A stretch of 64,000 bases of DNA from Cyanobacteria bacterium P01_A01_bin.123 (GCA_039815185.1 JBCBZT010000002.1:128001-192000); one strand, 5' to 3'. Shown: positions 40,914 through 52,495, numbered from the stretch's first letter. Notes: generated from the letters alone by a model not told the origin. Translations and numbers: made by a program.

Positions 40914-42446
40914 ATGGGACTACCCTGGTATCGAGTCCATACGGTCGTCTTGAACGATCCAGGCCGACTAATCTCAGTGCACTTGATGCACACGGCTCTT
41001 GTGGCAGGATGGGCTGGCTCTATGGCTTTGTTTGAGCTAGCAACCTTCGATCCGAGTGATCCTGTCCTTAACCCAATGTGGCGTCAGGGGATGTTTGTAC
41101 TGCCCTTCATGGCTCGCTTGGGCGTTACAGAATCCTGGGGGGGGTGGAGTCTTTCCGGTGCCCCCGCTGCTGACCCTGGCTTTTGGTCATTTGAAGGTGT
41201 GGCTGCAGCCCACATCATTCTTTCGGGTTTGTTATTCCTAGCTGCCTGCTGGCACTGGGTCTATTGGGATCTAGATCTGTTCCGTGACCCACGGACTGGG
41301 GAACCGGCACTAGATTTACCCAAGATGTTTGGAATTCATTTGTTCTTATCTGGGCTTCTATGCTTTGGCTTTGGGGCTTTCCACTTGACTGGTCTTTGGG
41401 GGCCTGGCATGTGGGTTTCTGACCCTTATGGCATCACTGGGCACGTCCAGGGCGTGGCACCGGAGTGGGGCCCCGCTGGGTTTAACCCCTACAATCCAGG
41501 GGGTGTGGTTGCTCACCATATTGCTGCCGGTATTGTTGGCATTATTGCCGGACTGTTTCACCTGACCGTACGTCCTCCCCAGCGTCTTTATAAGGCGTTA
41601 CGTATGGGGAACATTGAGACAGTTCTCTCTAGCAGTATTGCAGCTGTTTTCTTTGCTGCTTTCGTGGTAGCAGGCACCATGTGGTATGGCAGTGCAACGA
41701 CTCCCATTGAGCTGTTTGGGCCGACTCGCTATCAGTGGGATGGTAGCTATTTTGCTCAAGAGATTGAGCGCCGGGTTCAGGCTGATGTTGCTTCTGGGCT
41801 TTCTTTAGAGGAAGCATGGGATAACGTTCCTGAAAAGCTAGCCTTCTACGACTATGTCGGCAACAGCCCTGCCAAGGGTGGTTTGTTCCGTGTAGGCCCG
41901 ATGGATACTGGTGATGGTATTGCTACGTCTTGGCTAGGCCACCCTGTTTTCAAAGATGGAGAAGGGCGTGTGCTGAATGTGCGTCGCCTGCCCAATTTCT
42001 TTGAGACATTTCCTGTCGTGTTGACGGATAAAGACGGCATTATTCGAGCCGACATTCCGTTTCGTCGGGCTGAATCAAAGTATAGCTTTGAGCAGACTGG
42101 TGTAACGGCTACGTTCTATGGTGGTGAACTGGGTGGTCAAACCGTCACCGATCCTGCAAATGTTAAGCGTTACGCTCGCAAGGCTCAGTTAGGCGAACCC
42201 TTTGAATTCGATCGTGAAACCCTTGATTCTGATGGGGTGTTCCGATCTAGTCCTCGGGGTTGGTTTACGTTTGGCCACGCTGTATTTGCACTGCTGTTCT
42301 TCTTTGGTCATATCTGGCACGGTTCTCGGACGCTGTTCCGCGATGTGTTCGCCGGTATTGACCCAGACATGTCAGAAGAGCAAGTGGAGTGGGGCTTCTA
42401 TCAGAAGGTGGGTGATAAGACTACCCGTACAGCTAACAATGCTTAG
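40914..42446 (+). CDS. psbB: Photosystem II CP47
   Basis: [26 protein letters not shown] and full-length CP47 sequence. Confidence 0.99.
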   Translation: MGLPWYRVHTVVLNDPGRLISVHLMHTALVAGWAGSMALFELATFDPSDPVLNPMWRQGMFVLPFMARLGVTESWGGWSLSGAPAADPGFWSFEGVAAAHIILSGLLFLAACWHWVYWDLDLFRDPRTGEPALDLPKMFGIHLFLSGLLCFGFGAFHLTGLWGPGMWVSDPYGITGHVQGVAPEWGPAGFNPYNPGGVVAHHIAAGIVGIIAGLFHLTVRPPQRLYKALRMGNIETVLSSSIAAVFFAAFVVAGTMWYGSATTPIELFGPTRYQWDGSYFAQEIERRVQADVASGLSLEEAWDNVPEKLAFYDYVGNSPAKGGLFRVGPMDTGDGIATSWLGHPVFKDGEGRVLNVRRLPNFFETFPVVLTDKDGIIRADIPFRRAESKYSFEQTGVTATFYGGELGGQTVTDPANVKRYARKAQLGEPFEFDRETLDSDGVFRSSPRGWFTFGHAVFALLFFFGHIWHGSRTLFRDVFAGIDPDMSEEQVEWGFYQKVGDKTTRTANNA

Positions 42447-42484
42447 GCATCACTAAGGCTAATCCCTTGAGGTGCTGCCAAAAG

Positions 42485-42527
42485 AAATCAGCGATGTAGA
42501 TTTAAATTCTACGTCGCTGATTTTTTT
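42485..42527 (+). terminator. Intrinsic terminator after psbB
   Basis: AAATCAGCGATGTAGA/TCTACGTCGCTGATTT stem running into a T7 tract. Confidence 0.85.
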
Positions 42528-42645
42528 ATGGTTTTGAATAAAACAGGGTTGAAAAGTATCACAGGTTATATCGCGGCGACGGTTTCCCGAGAATATTGAC
42601 GGTAAAATGGAGGTGTTGGGTTTTTAAGCTAGGATCCTTGTAATT

Positions 42646-42744
42646 ATGGAAGCTGTCGCTTACATCTTAATTTTCACCTGCATCATTGGTACCCTATTCT
42701 TTGCGATTGCATTTCGGGAACCCCCCCGCATCACAAAAGACTAG
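42646..42744 (+). CDS. psbT: Photosystem II reaction centre protein T
   Basis: Manual translation MEAVAYILIFTCIIGTLFFAIAFREPPRITKD*. Confidence 0.96.
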   Translation: MEAVAYILIFTCIIGTLFFAIAFREPPRITKD

Positions 42745-42846
42745 GCTAAAACATCACTGGTTTGAGTGGTCTTCTAAGCCGTGATTAGGTCCAATCCCAA
42801 TGGATATCTTAAAAGCGGTGACGCTAAAGACTAAACAATCACCTTA

Positions 42847-42890
42847 GAAGTGAGCTGCTTAATAAGGCTACAAAGCTCACTTCTTTTTTT
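42847..42890 (+). terminator. Intrinsic terminator after psbT
   Basis: AGAAGTGAGCT/AGCTCACTTCT stem followed by a T run. Confidence 0.75.
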
Positions 42891-43022
42891 GGGTGCTCAA
42901 TCTTATACTTTGAAGTAAGATTCCTAGACTGGGAATGTAGTGTCGCACCCTAACTGGGTAGAGCAGGGATTGACGAAACCCAGTTTGTTTATTTTCTCTC
43001 TAGCAACGCTGGAGCGCATTGT

Positions 43023-43511
43023 ATGCACTGTCCGTTTTGTCAGCATCCTCATAACCGGGTTCTAGAGTCCCGTTCTGCAGAAGCGGGGCGCAGTATTCGC
43101 CGCCGTCGCGAATGTCTCGACTGCCAGCGGAGATTTACAACCTACGAACGCATTGAATATGTTCCGGTAACGGTGCTGAAACGGAACGGCGAGCGCGAAT
43201 CTTTTGATCGCTCGAAAGTATTACGTGGTCTGCTTCGAGCCTGTGAAAAGACAGGGACACCCCAGCTTACCCTAGATACCATGGTGGACGAGATTGAGTC
43301 CGAACTTCAGCAGCAGACAACCCGAGAAATCAGCAGCGCTGATATTGGGGAATTAGTCTTGAAACATCTCAAACAGCTGAATGAAGTTGCCTATGTGCGG
43401 TTTGCCTCGGTATATCGACAGTTTCAGGGCATTCGAGACTTTACCGATACGCTTAATCAGCTCAATACGGCTGCAGAGAAAAATGGTGTGGCGATCGCCT
43501 CTCATAGATAA
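43023..43511 (+). CDS. nrdR: Transcriptional repressor NrdR
   Basis: CPFC..RRRREC..C.RRFTTYE zinc ribbon, ATP-cone, AYVRFASVY. Confidence 0.97.
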   Translation: MHCPFCQHPHNRVLESRSAEAGRSIRRRRECLDCQRRFTTYERIEYVPVTVLKRNGERESFDRSKVLRGLLRACEKTGTPQLTLDTMVDEIESELQQQTTREISSADIGELVLKHLKQLNEVAYVRFASVYRQFQGIRDFTDTLNQLNTAAEKNGVAIASHR

Positions 43512-44005
43512 ACCACATCCGATTTGCAACCTCAAGTAGGACTGTAGGTTCTTTATCCTTACAAGGAAAGTTATGGATTTGGGTTTTATCAAAATTTAAG
43601 GGCAGTCAGTAAAGTATGGATGCGCTTAGCAAATGGAAGATAAAGATCTTTCAAAAAATAACTGGATCTTAGTCCTCAATCAGGCTATGGATATAGCCTG
43701 TGCCAATGGTTTTGAGCTTTTGCATTCCTGATACCTTACCGCCACTGCTTTTTAAGGACTGTTTTTCTACGATAAGGGGTTTGGATTGCTCTAAAGATTC
43801 AGCTATAATCAATAGTCTTGCAAGTGGACAAGGTTTACCCTTTTCCACTTATTGCCATCTCCTAAGATAAGATTTATGTAGATAGCCGCAGGATATCTAG
43901 GTGACTTGAGCGGGGTGCCTCAAGCGGGAAAGCGCTTGAGGCGGGTTAGTGCGTCACGGGGAGATTTATCAGCAATTACGGAGACAACACTAGGACACAG
44001 TTAGC

Positions 44006-44962
44006 ATGGTCAATCAGGAAACGAAAGATATTGATATCGGTTTTACTCACGAAGATTTCGCGGCGCTTTTAGACCAGTACGACTATCACTTCAGCCCTGG
44101 CGATGTTGTGGCGGGTACAGTGTTTAGCCTTGAACCAAGAGGCGCTCTGATTGACATTGGTGCAAAAACAGCTGCTTACATCCCCATTCAGGAGATGTCG
44201 ATTAACCGGGTTGATAATCCCGATGAAGTCCTTAAATCCAACGAAGTCCGTGAGTTTTTTATCCTCACGGATGAGAATGAAGATGGCCAGCTCACGCTCT
44301 CAATCCGCCGCATTGAGTATATGCGAGCTTGGGAGCGGGTACGCCAGCTGCAAGAGGAGGATGCCACCGTACGCTCGGGTGTATTTGCCACTAATCGAGG
44401 CGGTGCATTGGTTCGCATTGAAGGTTTACGAGGCTTCATTCCAGGCTCTCACATTAGCACTCGTAAGCCAAAGGAAGACTTGGTCGGCGAGGAATTGCCC
44501 CTTAAGTTTTTAGAGGTAGATGAGGAGCGCAATCGTCTCGTGCTCAGCCATCGGCGTGCTCTGGTTGAACGTAAGATGAACCGTCTGGAAGTCGGTGAAG
44601 TCGTGATTGGTACTGTGCGTGGACTGAAGCCTTATGGTGCCTTTATTGATATTGGTGGCGTCAGTGGTCTACTACACATCTCCGAAATCTCTCACGATCA
44701 TATTGATACCCCCCACAGTGTCTTCAACGTCAATGATGAAATCAAGGTGATGATCATTGATTTAGATGCTGAGCGGGGTCGAATCTCGTTGTCGACAAAG
44801 CAGCTTGAGCCAGAGCCGGGCGACATGGTGCGTAATCCAGATGTCGTTTACGACAAAGCTGAAGAAATGGCTGAGAAATATCGCCAGCAAATGCTTGAGC
44901 AAGCTCAGCAAGCTGCAGAGCCCCCCAATGGGACTGACGGCGGTGATCATGAAGCGGCTTAA
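44006..44962 (+). CDS. rpsA: 30S ribosomal protein S1 (cyanobacterial three-domain type)
   Basis: S1 repeats; DIGAKTAAYIP, GLRGFIPGSH, GLLHISEISH. Confidence 0.96.
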   Translation: MVNQETKDIDIGFTHEDFAALLDQYDYHFSPGDVVAGTVFSLEPRGALIDIGAKTAAYIPIQEMSINRVDNPDEVLKSNEVREFFILTDENEDGQLTLSIRRIEYMRAWERVRQLQEEDATVRSGVFATNRGGALVRIEGLRGFIPGSHISTRKPKEDLVGEELPLKFLEVDEERNRLVLSHRRALVERKMNRLEVGEVVIGTVRGLKPYGAFIDIGGVSGLLHISEISHDHIDTPHSVFNVNDEIKVMIIDLDAERGRISLSTKQLEPEPGDMVRNPDVVYDKAEEMAEKYRQQMLEQAQQAAEPPNGTDGGDHEAA

Positions 44963-45110
44963 ATCAGTCTTGGCCGCTGAATAAAACGTGATGTCCCTGC
45001 ATTGGATCATCCGCTGAGCCCTTTTCAAGTCCAGATCCAAAGTTTTTCCATGGAAAAGCTTTGGGCTTTGGGCCAGAGGGGTTTTGCCAAACCCATTTGG
45101 AAATAGGTTT

Positions 45111-45857
45111 ATGGTCAGTGTCCAATGTGGGGTAAAGATATTTCAGGAGATTCAGGCCATTGTCTTTGATAAGGACGGGACACTGGCTGATTCGGCTCAA
45201 TATTTGAGAGTACTAGCCCAACGGCGGTCGCGATTGCTAGATGCTAAAATCCCTGGGATCGAGTCGCCTTTGTTGTTGGCTTTTGGTGTTGAAGACGATC
45301 GTTTGGATCCAGCTGGGCTGATGGCCGTTGGCAGCCGCTATGAAAATGAAATTGCTGCTGCTGCCTATGTGGCTGAAACCGGATGTAGTTGGCCAGAAGC
45401 ATTGGCTATAGTCAGCGCGACCTTTGGTGAAGCAGAGCTGTCTCCTGCCGATAAAGCTGCTGCCACCCCTCTCTTTCCAGGATGTCAAGATTTAGTCGTG
45501 GCCCTCGCTCGTGCAGGCGTAAAAATTGCGATCGCCTCGACCGACACTACCGCTAACGTTCAAGCCTTTATCCAGCACTACAACCTAGCTGACCACATCC
45601 AGTTGATTCGAGGAGGTGACGAAGAGATTCCAATCCATAAGCCTGACCCAGCTCTATTGCTTCAAATTTGCCAGCAGCTGACCGTTTCTCCCAAGGCTAC
45701 GCTAATGGTAGGAGACTCTCAGTTAGATTTGAAAATGGCACGACAAGCTGGCATAGCTGGGGCGATAGGGGTCACTGGAACGAGTCGTCCCTACCCATCG
45801 CTGCCAGACGCAGATAGCTTGATCGAGCAGGTCACCCAGTTGCAGATTAGCGATTAG
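45111..45857 (+). CDS. HAD-family hydrolase
   Basis: FDKDGTL, KPDP, VGDS..D motifs; start uncertain. Confidence 0.88.
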   Translation: MVSVQCGVKIFQEIQAIVFDKDGTLADSAQYLRVLAQRRSRLLDAKIPGIESPLLLAFGVEDDRLDPAGLMAVGSRYENEIAAAAYVAETGCSWPEALAIVSATFGEAELSPADKAAATPLFPGCQDLVVALARAGVKIAIASTDTTANVQAFIQHYNLADHIQLIRGGDEEIPIHKPDPALLLQICQQLTVSPKATLMVGDSQLDLKMARQAGIAGAIGVTGTSRPYPSLPDADSLIEQVTQLQISD

Positions 45858-46040
45858 GCCCCTTAGAGGTCTACATGAAATCGGTAGCAATGGGGTAGGG
45901 TTATGAATAAGTGAATTGTCTCCAAGCGTGAAGCATGAAGGCCTAATTTATCGATAGCTCTCTCAATTAGCCAATGGATTCTTTGGCTGCTATCTAGCCT
46001 TGACGACATCTACCACATCACATTGCATCAAAGAGAGGAT

Positions 46041-47288
46041 ATGCCATTGTCTCGTCGATATCTATTTACGTCTGAATCGGTTACCGAAGGTCATCCTGAT
46101 AAAATCTGCGACCAAATTTCAGACACAATTTTAGATGCCCTGCTGGCTCAAGATCCTAAGAGTCGGGTTGCTGCAGAGGTTGTTGTGAATACGGGGTTAG
46201 TCCTGATTACGGGAGAAATTTCTTCTAATGCCCAGGTCAATTACGTTAATCTTGTGCGGCAGAAAATTGCTGAGATTGGCTATACCGATCCAACCAATAA
46301 TGGATTTTCGACAGATAGCTGTTCTGTATTAGTTGCCCTAGACGAACAATCTCAAGATATCGCCCAAGGGGTCGACCAAGCTCAGGAAAGTCGGGATCAA
46401 AACAGTGACGAAGCCCTCGATGCAATTGGTGCCGGGGATCAAGGCATCATGTTTGGCTTTGCCTGTAATGAAACCCCTGAGCTGATGCCCCTACCCATTA
46501 GCTTGGCTCACCGTATTTCGCGGCAACTGGCAACGGTCAGAAAGGACGGCACTCTGGCATATCTCCGGCCCGACGGTAAAACTCAGGTCACGGTCGCCTA
46601 CGAGGCGGGTAAACCTGTGGGAATCGACACGATTTTGATCTCAACCCAGCACACCGCCACTATTGGCGAGGTCACAGATGAAAGTGCTGTTCAAGCCAAA
46701 ATCAAAGAAGCGTTATGGCACTCTGTCGTTCTCCCAGTGTTTGAAGACATTGATATCAAACCGGGGCAGACGACCCGCTTTTTGGTTAATCCCACGGGTA
46801 AGTTTGTAATCGGTGGCCCTCAAGGCGATTCTGGGCTAACTGGGCGCAAAATCATTGTCGACACTTATGGTGGATATTCTCGCCATGGCGGCGGGGCTTT
46901 TTCTGGCAAAGATCCGACGAAGGTAGATCGCAGTGCTGCTTACGCTTGTCGTTATGTCGCCAAAAACATTGTTGCTGCGGGTCTGGCTGAAAAGTGCGAG
47001 GTTCAACTGAGCTATGCCATTGGTGTGGCTCGCCCAGTGAGTATTTTTGTTGAGACATTTGGCACCGGCAAAATCGAGGATGATCGCTTGCTATCTCTAG
47101 TCAAAGACCACTTTGAACTAAGACCGGCAGGCATTATTCAGACCTTTAATCTCCAATCCTTAACGGCTGAACGGGGTGGACGCTTTTATCAAGACATCGC
47201 TGCCTATGGCCACATGGGGCGGACAGATCTAGATATCCCTTGGGAAAAAACCGATAAAGCCGAATTTCTCAAAACTGCCTTGGCTTAG
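46041..47288 (+). CDS. metK: S-adenosylmethionine synthase
   Basis: [28 protein letters not shown]. Confidence 0.98.
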   Translation: MPLSRRYLFTSESVTEGHPDKICDQISDTILDALLAQDPKSRVAAEVVVNTGLVLITGEISSNAQVNYVNLVRQKIAEIGYTDPTNNGFSTDSCSVLVALDEQSQDIAQGVDQAQESRDQNSDEALDAIGAGDQGIMFGFACNETPELMPLPISLAHRISRQLATVRKDGTLAYLRPDGKTQVTVAYEAGKPVGIDTILISTQHTATIGEVTDESAVQAKIKEALWHSVVLPVFEDIDIKPGQTTRFLVNPTGKFVIGGPQGDSGLTGRKIIVDTYGGYSRHGGGAFSGKDPTKVDRSAAYACRYVAKNIVAAGLAEKCEVQLSYAIGVARPVSIFVETFGTGKIEDDRLLSLVKDHFELRPAGIIQTFNLQSLTAERGGRFYQDIAAYGHMGRTDLDIPWEKTDKAEFLKTALA

Positions 47289-47333
47289 GTTTTTCATATC
47301 TAAATCTAAACCCACGCTTGGGCCAATTTCTGC

Positions 47334-47810
47334 CTAAGTTTCAAGGGCCTGGTTCAAAATTGTGCGGGCCGATTCCGCTTGCGATCGCGCGTCACGATAC
47401 CTTAGATTGCTTTGGGCAAATTGTTTCAACGTCTTAAAGCCATCCTTCAAATGAGTGACTTGATCCTCGGTGATGGGTTCATCGGTAAACAACAGATCAA
47501 CCAGTTCTCGGACTTGTAGAGCCTCATCCCGAGAACTCTGCATTTTGACTTTCAGATTGGCGAGCTGACTGAGAATCTGTACCGCTTCAGTGACGGCGTC
47601 TTCATCTTTTTGCACAGCTGCGGAGGGCGTAGGTTCTTTCACGGCAATAAATTGCTGGGGGTCAAATCCGTCAGAGAGATTAGTGGGTAACTTGCCCTCA
47701 TCCATTAAATCCACAAGTTGATCCATGGCTTTATCGCGGGCTTTCTTTGAGTCTTTACCCGTAATTTCAATCAGCACTTCCGGGCTTTGGGCAAGGGTAT
47801 ACTGAACCAT
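47334..47810 (-). CDS. Conserved cyanobacterial hypothetical protein
   Basis: 158-aa helical ORF starting MVQYTLAQSPEV. Confidence 0.75.
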   Translation of the reverse strand: MVQYTLAQSPEVLIEITGKDSKKARDKAMDQLVDLMDEGKLPTNLSDGFDPQQFIAVKEPTPSAAVQKDEDAVTEAVQILSQLANLKVKMQSSRDEALQVRELVDLLFTDEPITEDQVTHLKDGFKTLKQFAQSNLRYRDARSQAESARTILNQALET

Positions 47811-48101
47811 GGCTCTAATTAATAAATTTGTACTATAAAGACTTTAGATCCTCCCGATGATAATCGGTGATAACTGTCACAGAACTTACTTGTTTAACCA
47901 TGCCTATCAGAATGCGAGACCGCTGACTTGTCAACGGGTTGAGACGTTACGTTGAATTCCTTGAGAAGCTGACACAATCATTCGTATAAATAAAACTTTT
48001 GGGTTGACGGTCAATAGATATGGCTTAATAATTTAAGGCTCGCTTTTAAAATTCGCTTCGGCGAATTTAGTATCCATCAATCATGCACCAGGGGTTGTCC
48101 C

Positions 48102-48863
48102 GTGAAAAAGCTAATTAAAGGACTGCGACAGTTTCAAAGCACCTATGTCCCCAGTCACCAAACCTTATTGGCGGAGTTAGCTCACGGGCAACATCCCCGC
48201 GTGTTGTTTATTGCTTGCTCTGATTCACGGGTCGATCCGGCACTGATTACTCAGGCTGATATTGGCGATTTGTTTGTCATTCGCAATGCGGGCAATATTA
48301 TTCCACCCTACGAATCGACCAATGGTGGTGAGGGGGCCACCATTGAATACGCTGTTCATGCGCTGGATATTGAACAGATTATTGTCTGCGGCCATACGAA
48401 CTGCGGTGCCATGAAGGGGCTGTTGCAGTTGGGTAAGTTAGAAGAAGAAATGCCACTGGTTTATAACTGGCTGCGGCATACGGAAGCAACTCGCCGCCTG
48501 GTTGCGGATAACTATGGCGATTTAAATAAACAAGAAACCTTAGAGGTGTTAGTTGCTGAGAATGTGCTCACACAAATTGGCAATTTGCGCACCTATCCGG
48601 TGATTCACTCGAAGCTGCACCGGGGTGACCTGACAATCCACGCCTGGATTTATAATATCGAGACTGGAGGCATTTATGCCTATGATTCGGACAATCATGC
48701 TTTTGTACCTCCCCATAGCCGCATAGCGCCTGAGCCCTTAGAAAAGGCTGGCAAGGTCAACCCCCCCAAAATAATTCCCCAGAATCACTTGCCGGGAGGC
48801 AATCGCCTTTCCCGCGAACAGTCTGAGCGCATCTACCGCGGTTCGGGTTCAATGCGAGTTTAA
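48102..48863 (+). CDS. ccaA: Beta-class carbonic anhydrase, CcaA-type (carboxysomal)
   Basis: CSDSR, RNAGN, HTNC zinc ligands; C-terminal LSREQSERIYRGS resembles the CcaA CcmM-binding tail. Confidence 0.85.
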   Translation: MKKLIKGLRQFQSTYVPSHQTLLAELAHGQHPRVLFIACSDSRVDPALITQADIGDLFVIRNAGNIIPPYESTNGGEGATIEYAVHALDIEQIIVCGHTNCGAMKGLLQLGKLEEEMPLVYNWLRHTEATRRLVADNYGDLNKQETLEVLVAENVLTQIGNLRTYPVIHSKLHRGDLTIHAWIYNIETGGIYAYDSDNHAFVPPHSRIAPEPLEKAGKVNPPKIIPQNHLPGGNRLSREQSERIYRGSGSMRV

Positions 48864-48903
48864 TCAACCTCAGGGTTAGTGCGAGTTTAATCAACGAAGC
48901 GAT

Positions 48904-49674
48904 TTAACGAACACGCAGTCGGCGAGTCAAAATCACTAGGCCGTCCTCTCGAATCAGGACTGCGGAAATCCAGCGATCGTCAGCTGAATCAGGGGCACTG
49001 CCAATTTTGAACAATCCCCCAGCAGAGAGCACATCAAGCTCCACTGGGCGGCCTTCAAAAAAGTCAACACTAGTTGCGCCTTCGTCAATGGCAGCCCCAA
49101 GCAGTAAGCGTTCACCTAGGGGTTCCTCCACGATGGCATCAAATTCAAACGCTTCACCCGCGCCCACTTCTTCTGGTAACAGCACATTCACGGACGGGGG
49201 ATTACTGCCAGCGCTGATCGCATTGCGTTCAGCCAAAATTTCTTGAGAGACCACTTGACCGTTTTCAAATCGCTGACGCGATCGCACCACGGCATCTAAT
49301 GTCGAACGTGAACCGGTTAGTTCGGTTCCAGTCACGTAGGTTAGGGTTTCGGCAATCAAGGCAGTGCCATCTCGCTCCCAAGACTGGAGTTCGATTCGGT
49401 AGGTCAGTGAGTTATAGGTGTCCCAAAATTGTTGCAGTGCTGCGGCAAAACTGTCTCGATCAAACCCGTCCGTATGCGTAAAGTCAGGGCTGTAATAGGT
49501 CATCACCTGATCGAGATCTTCAGCCGATGCTGCCGTCTCAATCGTGCTGAGCACTTGGGTAAGTTCTGCTGGAGCAGTCTCGGGGGATTCAGCTTTGGCA
49601 ACATTGGGGGTAGCCCAGCCCAGGGCAACGCCTAACAACAGGGCATAAATTGATTGCTGAATCGGGCTGATCAT
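48904..49674 (-). CDS. Secreted NTF2-like domain protein
   Basis: Signal peptide (…NVAKA), SnoaL/NTF2-like segment, GGLFK motif. Confidence 0.7.
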   Translation of the reverse strand: MISPIQQSIYALLLGVALGWATPNVAKAESPETAPAELTQVLSTIETAASAEDLDQVMTYYSPDFTHTDGFDRDSFAAALQQFWDTYNSLTYRIELQSWERDGTALIAETLTYVTGTELTGSRSTLDAVVRSRQRFENGQVVSQEILAERNAISAGSNPPSVNVLLPEEVGAGEAFEFDAIVEEPLGERLLLGAAIDEGATSVDFFEGRPVELDVLSAGGLFKIGSAPDSADDRWISAVLIREDGLVILTRRLRVR

Positions 49675-49835
49675 AGAAAATCCTCAGTGACAAATAGGTT
49701 GGGTTTGATCAAGTCTAGAACCAAGTTAACCTGTTCTAGGCATTGTGGTGTTATGGTTCTAGCAAAACTTTTGAACATTGGGTAGATTGCTAACAGCGAT
49801 GGCCCCAGGGCAAACAGAGGGAACGGGTTGAACAG

Positions 49836-50912
49836 ATGACCAGGAGACTTTTGATTGCAGCCAGCGGCACCGGGGGGCATCTGTTTCCTGCGATCGCGAC
49901 GGCTCGTTATCTAGACGACTATAAAATCGAATGGCTTGGAGTCCCTGATCGTCTCGAAACTCAACTGGTTCCTGATAGCTATCTACTTCACACCATCTGC
50001 GTGGGCGGCTTTCAAGGCCCTATGGGACTCGGTAGCCTGCGGCTCATCATGCAGTTGATGCAGGCAGTGGTTCGGGTGCGCCAGTTGCTGAAACAAGGAC
50101 AGTTTCAGGGGGTGTTTACAACGGGGGGATATATCGCAGCACCCGCGATTATTGCCGCGCGGAGTTTGGGGTTGCCCGCGATTTTGCACGAATCCAATGC
50201 CCTGCCAGGCAAGGTAACGCGCTGGCTAAGCCCTTGGTGCACAGTAGTCGCGTTGGGATTTCAAGATGCTTCGCTGCGACTCCCCAAAGCCAGCAGCGTG
50301 AGTGTGGGAACGCCTGTACGATCGCAGTTCCTCAACCCCTCGCCCGCCCCGTTGACTGAACTGTTAGGAGATCTCACTATACCGACTGATGCACTACTCA
50401 TTGTGATTGTCGGCGGTAGCCAAGGTGCTCTTGCAGTGAATCGTTTGGTCAGGGCAGCAGCGCCAGCCTGGTTGGCTGATGGCGCTTGGATCGTGCATCA
50501 GACGGGTCAAAATGATCCTGATGTGGACAGCTTGAGCCATCCCCATTACATTCACCAGCCTTTTTTCGATCAGATGGCACCGCTGCTGCATCGGGCTAAT
50601 TTAGTGATTAGCCGGGCTGGGGCCGGAACCCTCACGGAACTCGCGGTGACCCGTACCCCATCGCTGCTGATTCCCTATCCCTTTGCAGCCGAGGATCACC
50701 AGTCTTATAATGCTGCTGTTTTTGCCGCTGCTGGGGCCGCCCAGGTCTGTCGGCAAGCCGATTTGACGGCTGATGGTTTAAGGGAAAAGGTAATGGATTT
50801 GCTCCGCGATCGCGATCAGCTAGCAGTAATGGCAGAAGCTGCTGGCAACTTGGCTATTTTAGACAGTGCCGAGCAGTTGGCAGCGCTGGTTCGGAAAACG
50901 CTCCTTAATTGA
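49836..50912 (+). CDS. murG: Lipid II GlcNAc transferase
   Basis: GTGGHLFP, HESN, GGSQG, RAGAGTLTE, DHQ..NA. Confidence 0.96.
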   Translation: MTRRLLIAASGTGGHLFPAIATARYLDDYKIEWLGVPDRLETQLVPDSYLLHTICVGGFQGPMGLGSLRLIMQLMQAVVRVRQLLKQGQFQGVFTTGGYIAAPAIIAARSLGLPAILHESNALPGKVTRWLSPWCTVVALGFQDASLRLPKASSVSVGTPVRSQFLNPSPAPLTELLGDLTIPTDALLIVIVGGSQGALAVNRLVRAAAPAWLADGAWIVHQTGQNDPDVDSLSHPHYIHQPFFDQMAPLLHRANLVISRAGAGTLTELAVTRTPSLLIPYPFAAEDHQSYNAAVFAAAGAAQVCRQADLTADGLREKVMDLLRDRDQLAVMAEAAGNLAILDSAEQLAALVRKTLLN

Positions 50913-51534
50913 CCACCTGGGCACCATGACTGCGGGGATCGTCGGGGCGGTCGCGGTCTGCTTCGAGCGGACTGTCAACTCCGGAGGTGCGTCCTACGGC
51001 TTGGGCATAGGGTAGGGATGCTTGGACGAGTAGGGCATCGAGATTGGCTGCTATGACGGCTTTGGGTTGTTCACCAATCACTGTGCCCATGGTTTCACCC
51101 GTCTCATCTAGATAGACAAAATGGGGAATGCCATCGACTCGGTAGTGCAGCATCTCTGGCAACCATTTGCTGTTGTCAACATTCAGCATGACAAAGTTAA
51201 CTTGTTCGCCATAGCGCGATCGCAATTGGGCCATATCGCCGGCCATAGCCTGACAACTGGTGCACCAGTTAGCGTAAAATTCCACCAACGTCGGTTGCCG
51301 ATTGATCAGAGCTTGCTCTAGGGGCACGGCCTCTTCAGCTAATTCTCCTAACGAGGCCGAAGGCGTTTGGGTTTGAACACCAAGCACCACGGCTACGGTG
51401 AGCACTGCCGCCACCACCACAATAATCAAGTTCCGCACTTGGGTACTGAGGGGGCGGCTAGGGGAGCCAGGCGCCTGAATTTCTGAAGCAGAATCTTGAG
51501 ATTGTTTTGCAGAATCTGAAACATCAATTGCCAT
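50905..51534 (-). CDS. Membrane-anchored thioredoxin-like protein (TxlA-like)
   Basis: N-terminal TM; EFYANWCTSC; DGIPHF. Confidence 0.85.
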   Translation of the reverse strand: MAIDVSDSAKQSQDSASEIQAPGSPSRPLSTQVRNLIIVVVAAVLTVAVVLGVQTQTPSASLGELAEEAVPLEQALINRQPTLVEFYANWCTSCQAMAGDMAQLRSRYGEQVNFVMLNVDNSKWLPEMLHYRVDGIPHFVYLDETGETMGTVIGEQPKAVIAANLDALLVQASLPYAQAVGRTSGVDSPLEADRDRPDDPRSHGAQVVN

Positions 51535-51609
51535 AGCATCACAATGAAAGTAGCTCGATTTCTAGTGTAACGGAATGGCTTCTAGCCGCCCTCCCAGTTG
51601 TGGAAAACT

Positions 51610-52014
51610 GTGAAAAAACGCGTCACTCTGACTTTTCCTAAACGATCTGTCCACATGCCGATCACCTATCGATTGGCTAAAGACTTTAATGTGGCCGCTA
51701 ATATCATTCGAGCCCAGGTTGCCCCAAACCAGGTGGGTAAACTCGTGGTGGAACTTTCTGGCGATATTGACCAACTGGATGAGTCGATCGATTGGATGCG
51801 GTCTCAAGGGATTGATATTTCCCTGGCCAGCCGTGAAATCTTGATCGATGAAGACCTGTGTGTTCATTGTGGCCTTTGTACAGGGGTTTGCCCGACCGAA
51901 GCTTTGACTCTCAATCCCCAGTCTTTTAAGTTGACTTTTGCGCGATCGCGCTGCGTCGTTTGTGAACAGTGCATTCCCACCTGTCCAGTTCAGGCTATTT
52001 CGACCAATCTCTGA
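51610..52014 (+). CDS. NIL domain + 2x[4Fe-4S] ferredoxin
   Basis: ANIIRA NIL-type domain; two CxxCxxCxxxCP motifs. Confidence 0.9.
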   Translation: MKKRVTLTFPKRSVHMPITYRLAKDFNVAANIIRAQVAPNQVGKLVVELSGDIDQLDESIDWMRSQGIDISLASREILIDEDLCVHCGLCTGVCPTEALTLNPQSFKLTFARSRCVVCEQCIPTCPVQAISTNL

Positions 52015-52029
52015 TTTATCTTTGGGACC

Positions 52030-52443
52030 ATGACCAAACGTCGCTGGTTATCATTTCTAATTTTGTTAATCGCCTACATGACCTTTGGCTGGTTCTTGAA
52101 GTCTGAGCAGGCATCCCAACTGAGCTGGATTTTATCAGTTACTTTTGCCTTCACCCAGGCCAGCATTTTGACCTTACTATGGCGCCCTGCCCGTGAGTTT
52201 GCCCTGCTTGGGTTTCAGTCTGATGCTGGGTATTTTGTCATGGTGCTGTGTTTAGCATCTTTGGCAGTGGCCGCGTTGGCTTGGGTACAGGTGTTTGCCT
52301 ATTTTTTGGTAATGGTAGCCGCGGCATTACTGGTGCGCGTCGACCTGCTAGCCATGGAGTTTGGCAATATCCTCTCATTTTTGGCGCTTTCCATCATTCC
52401 TATCCTTGGGTTGGGACTGAGCTGGATGCTGAATCTCTCCTAA
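52030..52443 (+). CDS. Small multi-pass membrane protein
   Basis: 137 aa, almost entirely hydrophobic. Confidence 0.7.
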   Translation: MTKRRWLSFLILLIAYMTFGWFLKSEQASQLSWILSVTFAFTQASILTLLWRPAREFALLGFQSDAGYFVMVLCLASLAVAALAWVQVFAYFLVMVAAALLVRVDLLAMEFGNILSFLALSIIPILGLGLSWMLNLS

Positions 52444-52460
52444 CTAAACAACCATTCCAA
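52443..52460. promoter_or_regulatory. Putative TetR operator (degenerate copy) next to an extended -10
   Basis: ACTAAACAACCATTCCAA followed by TGTTATAGT. Confidence 0.45.
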
Positions 52461-52495
52461 AATTGTTATAGTTGGCATGGGAGGTAACGCTAGCG

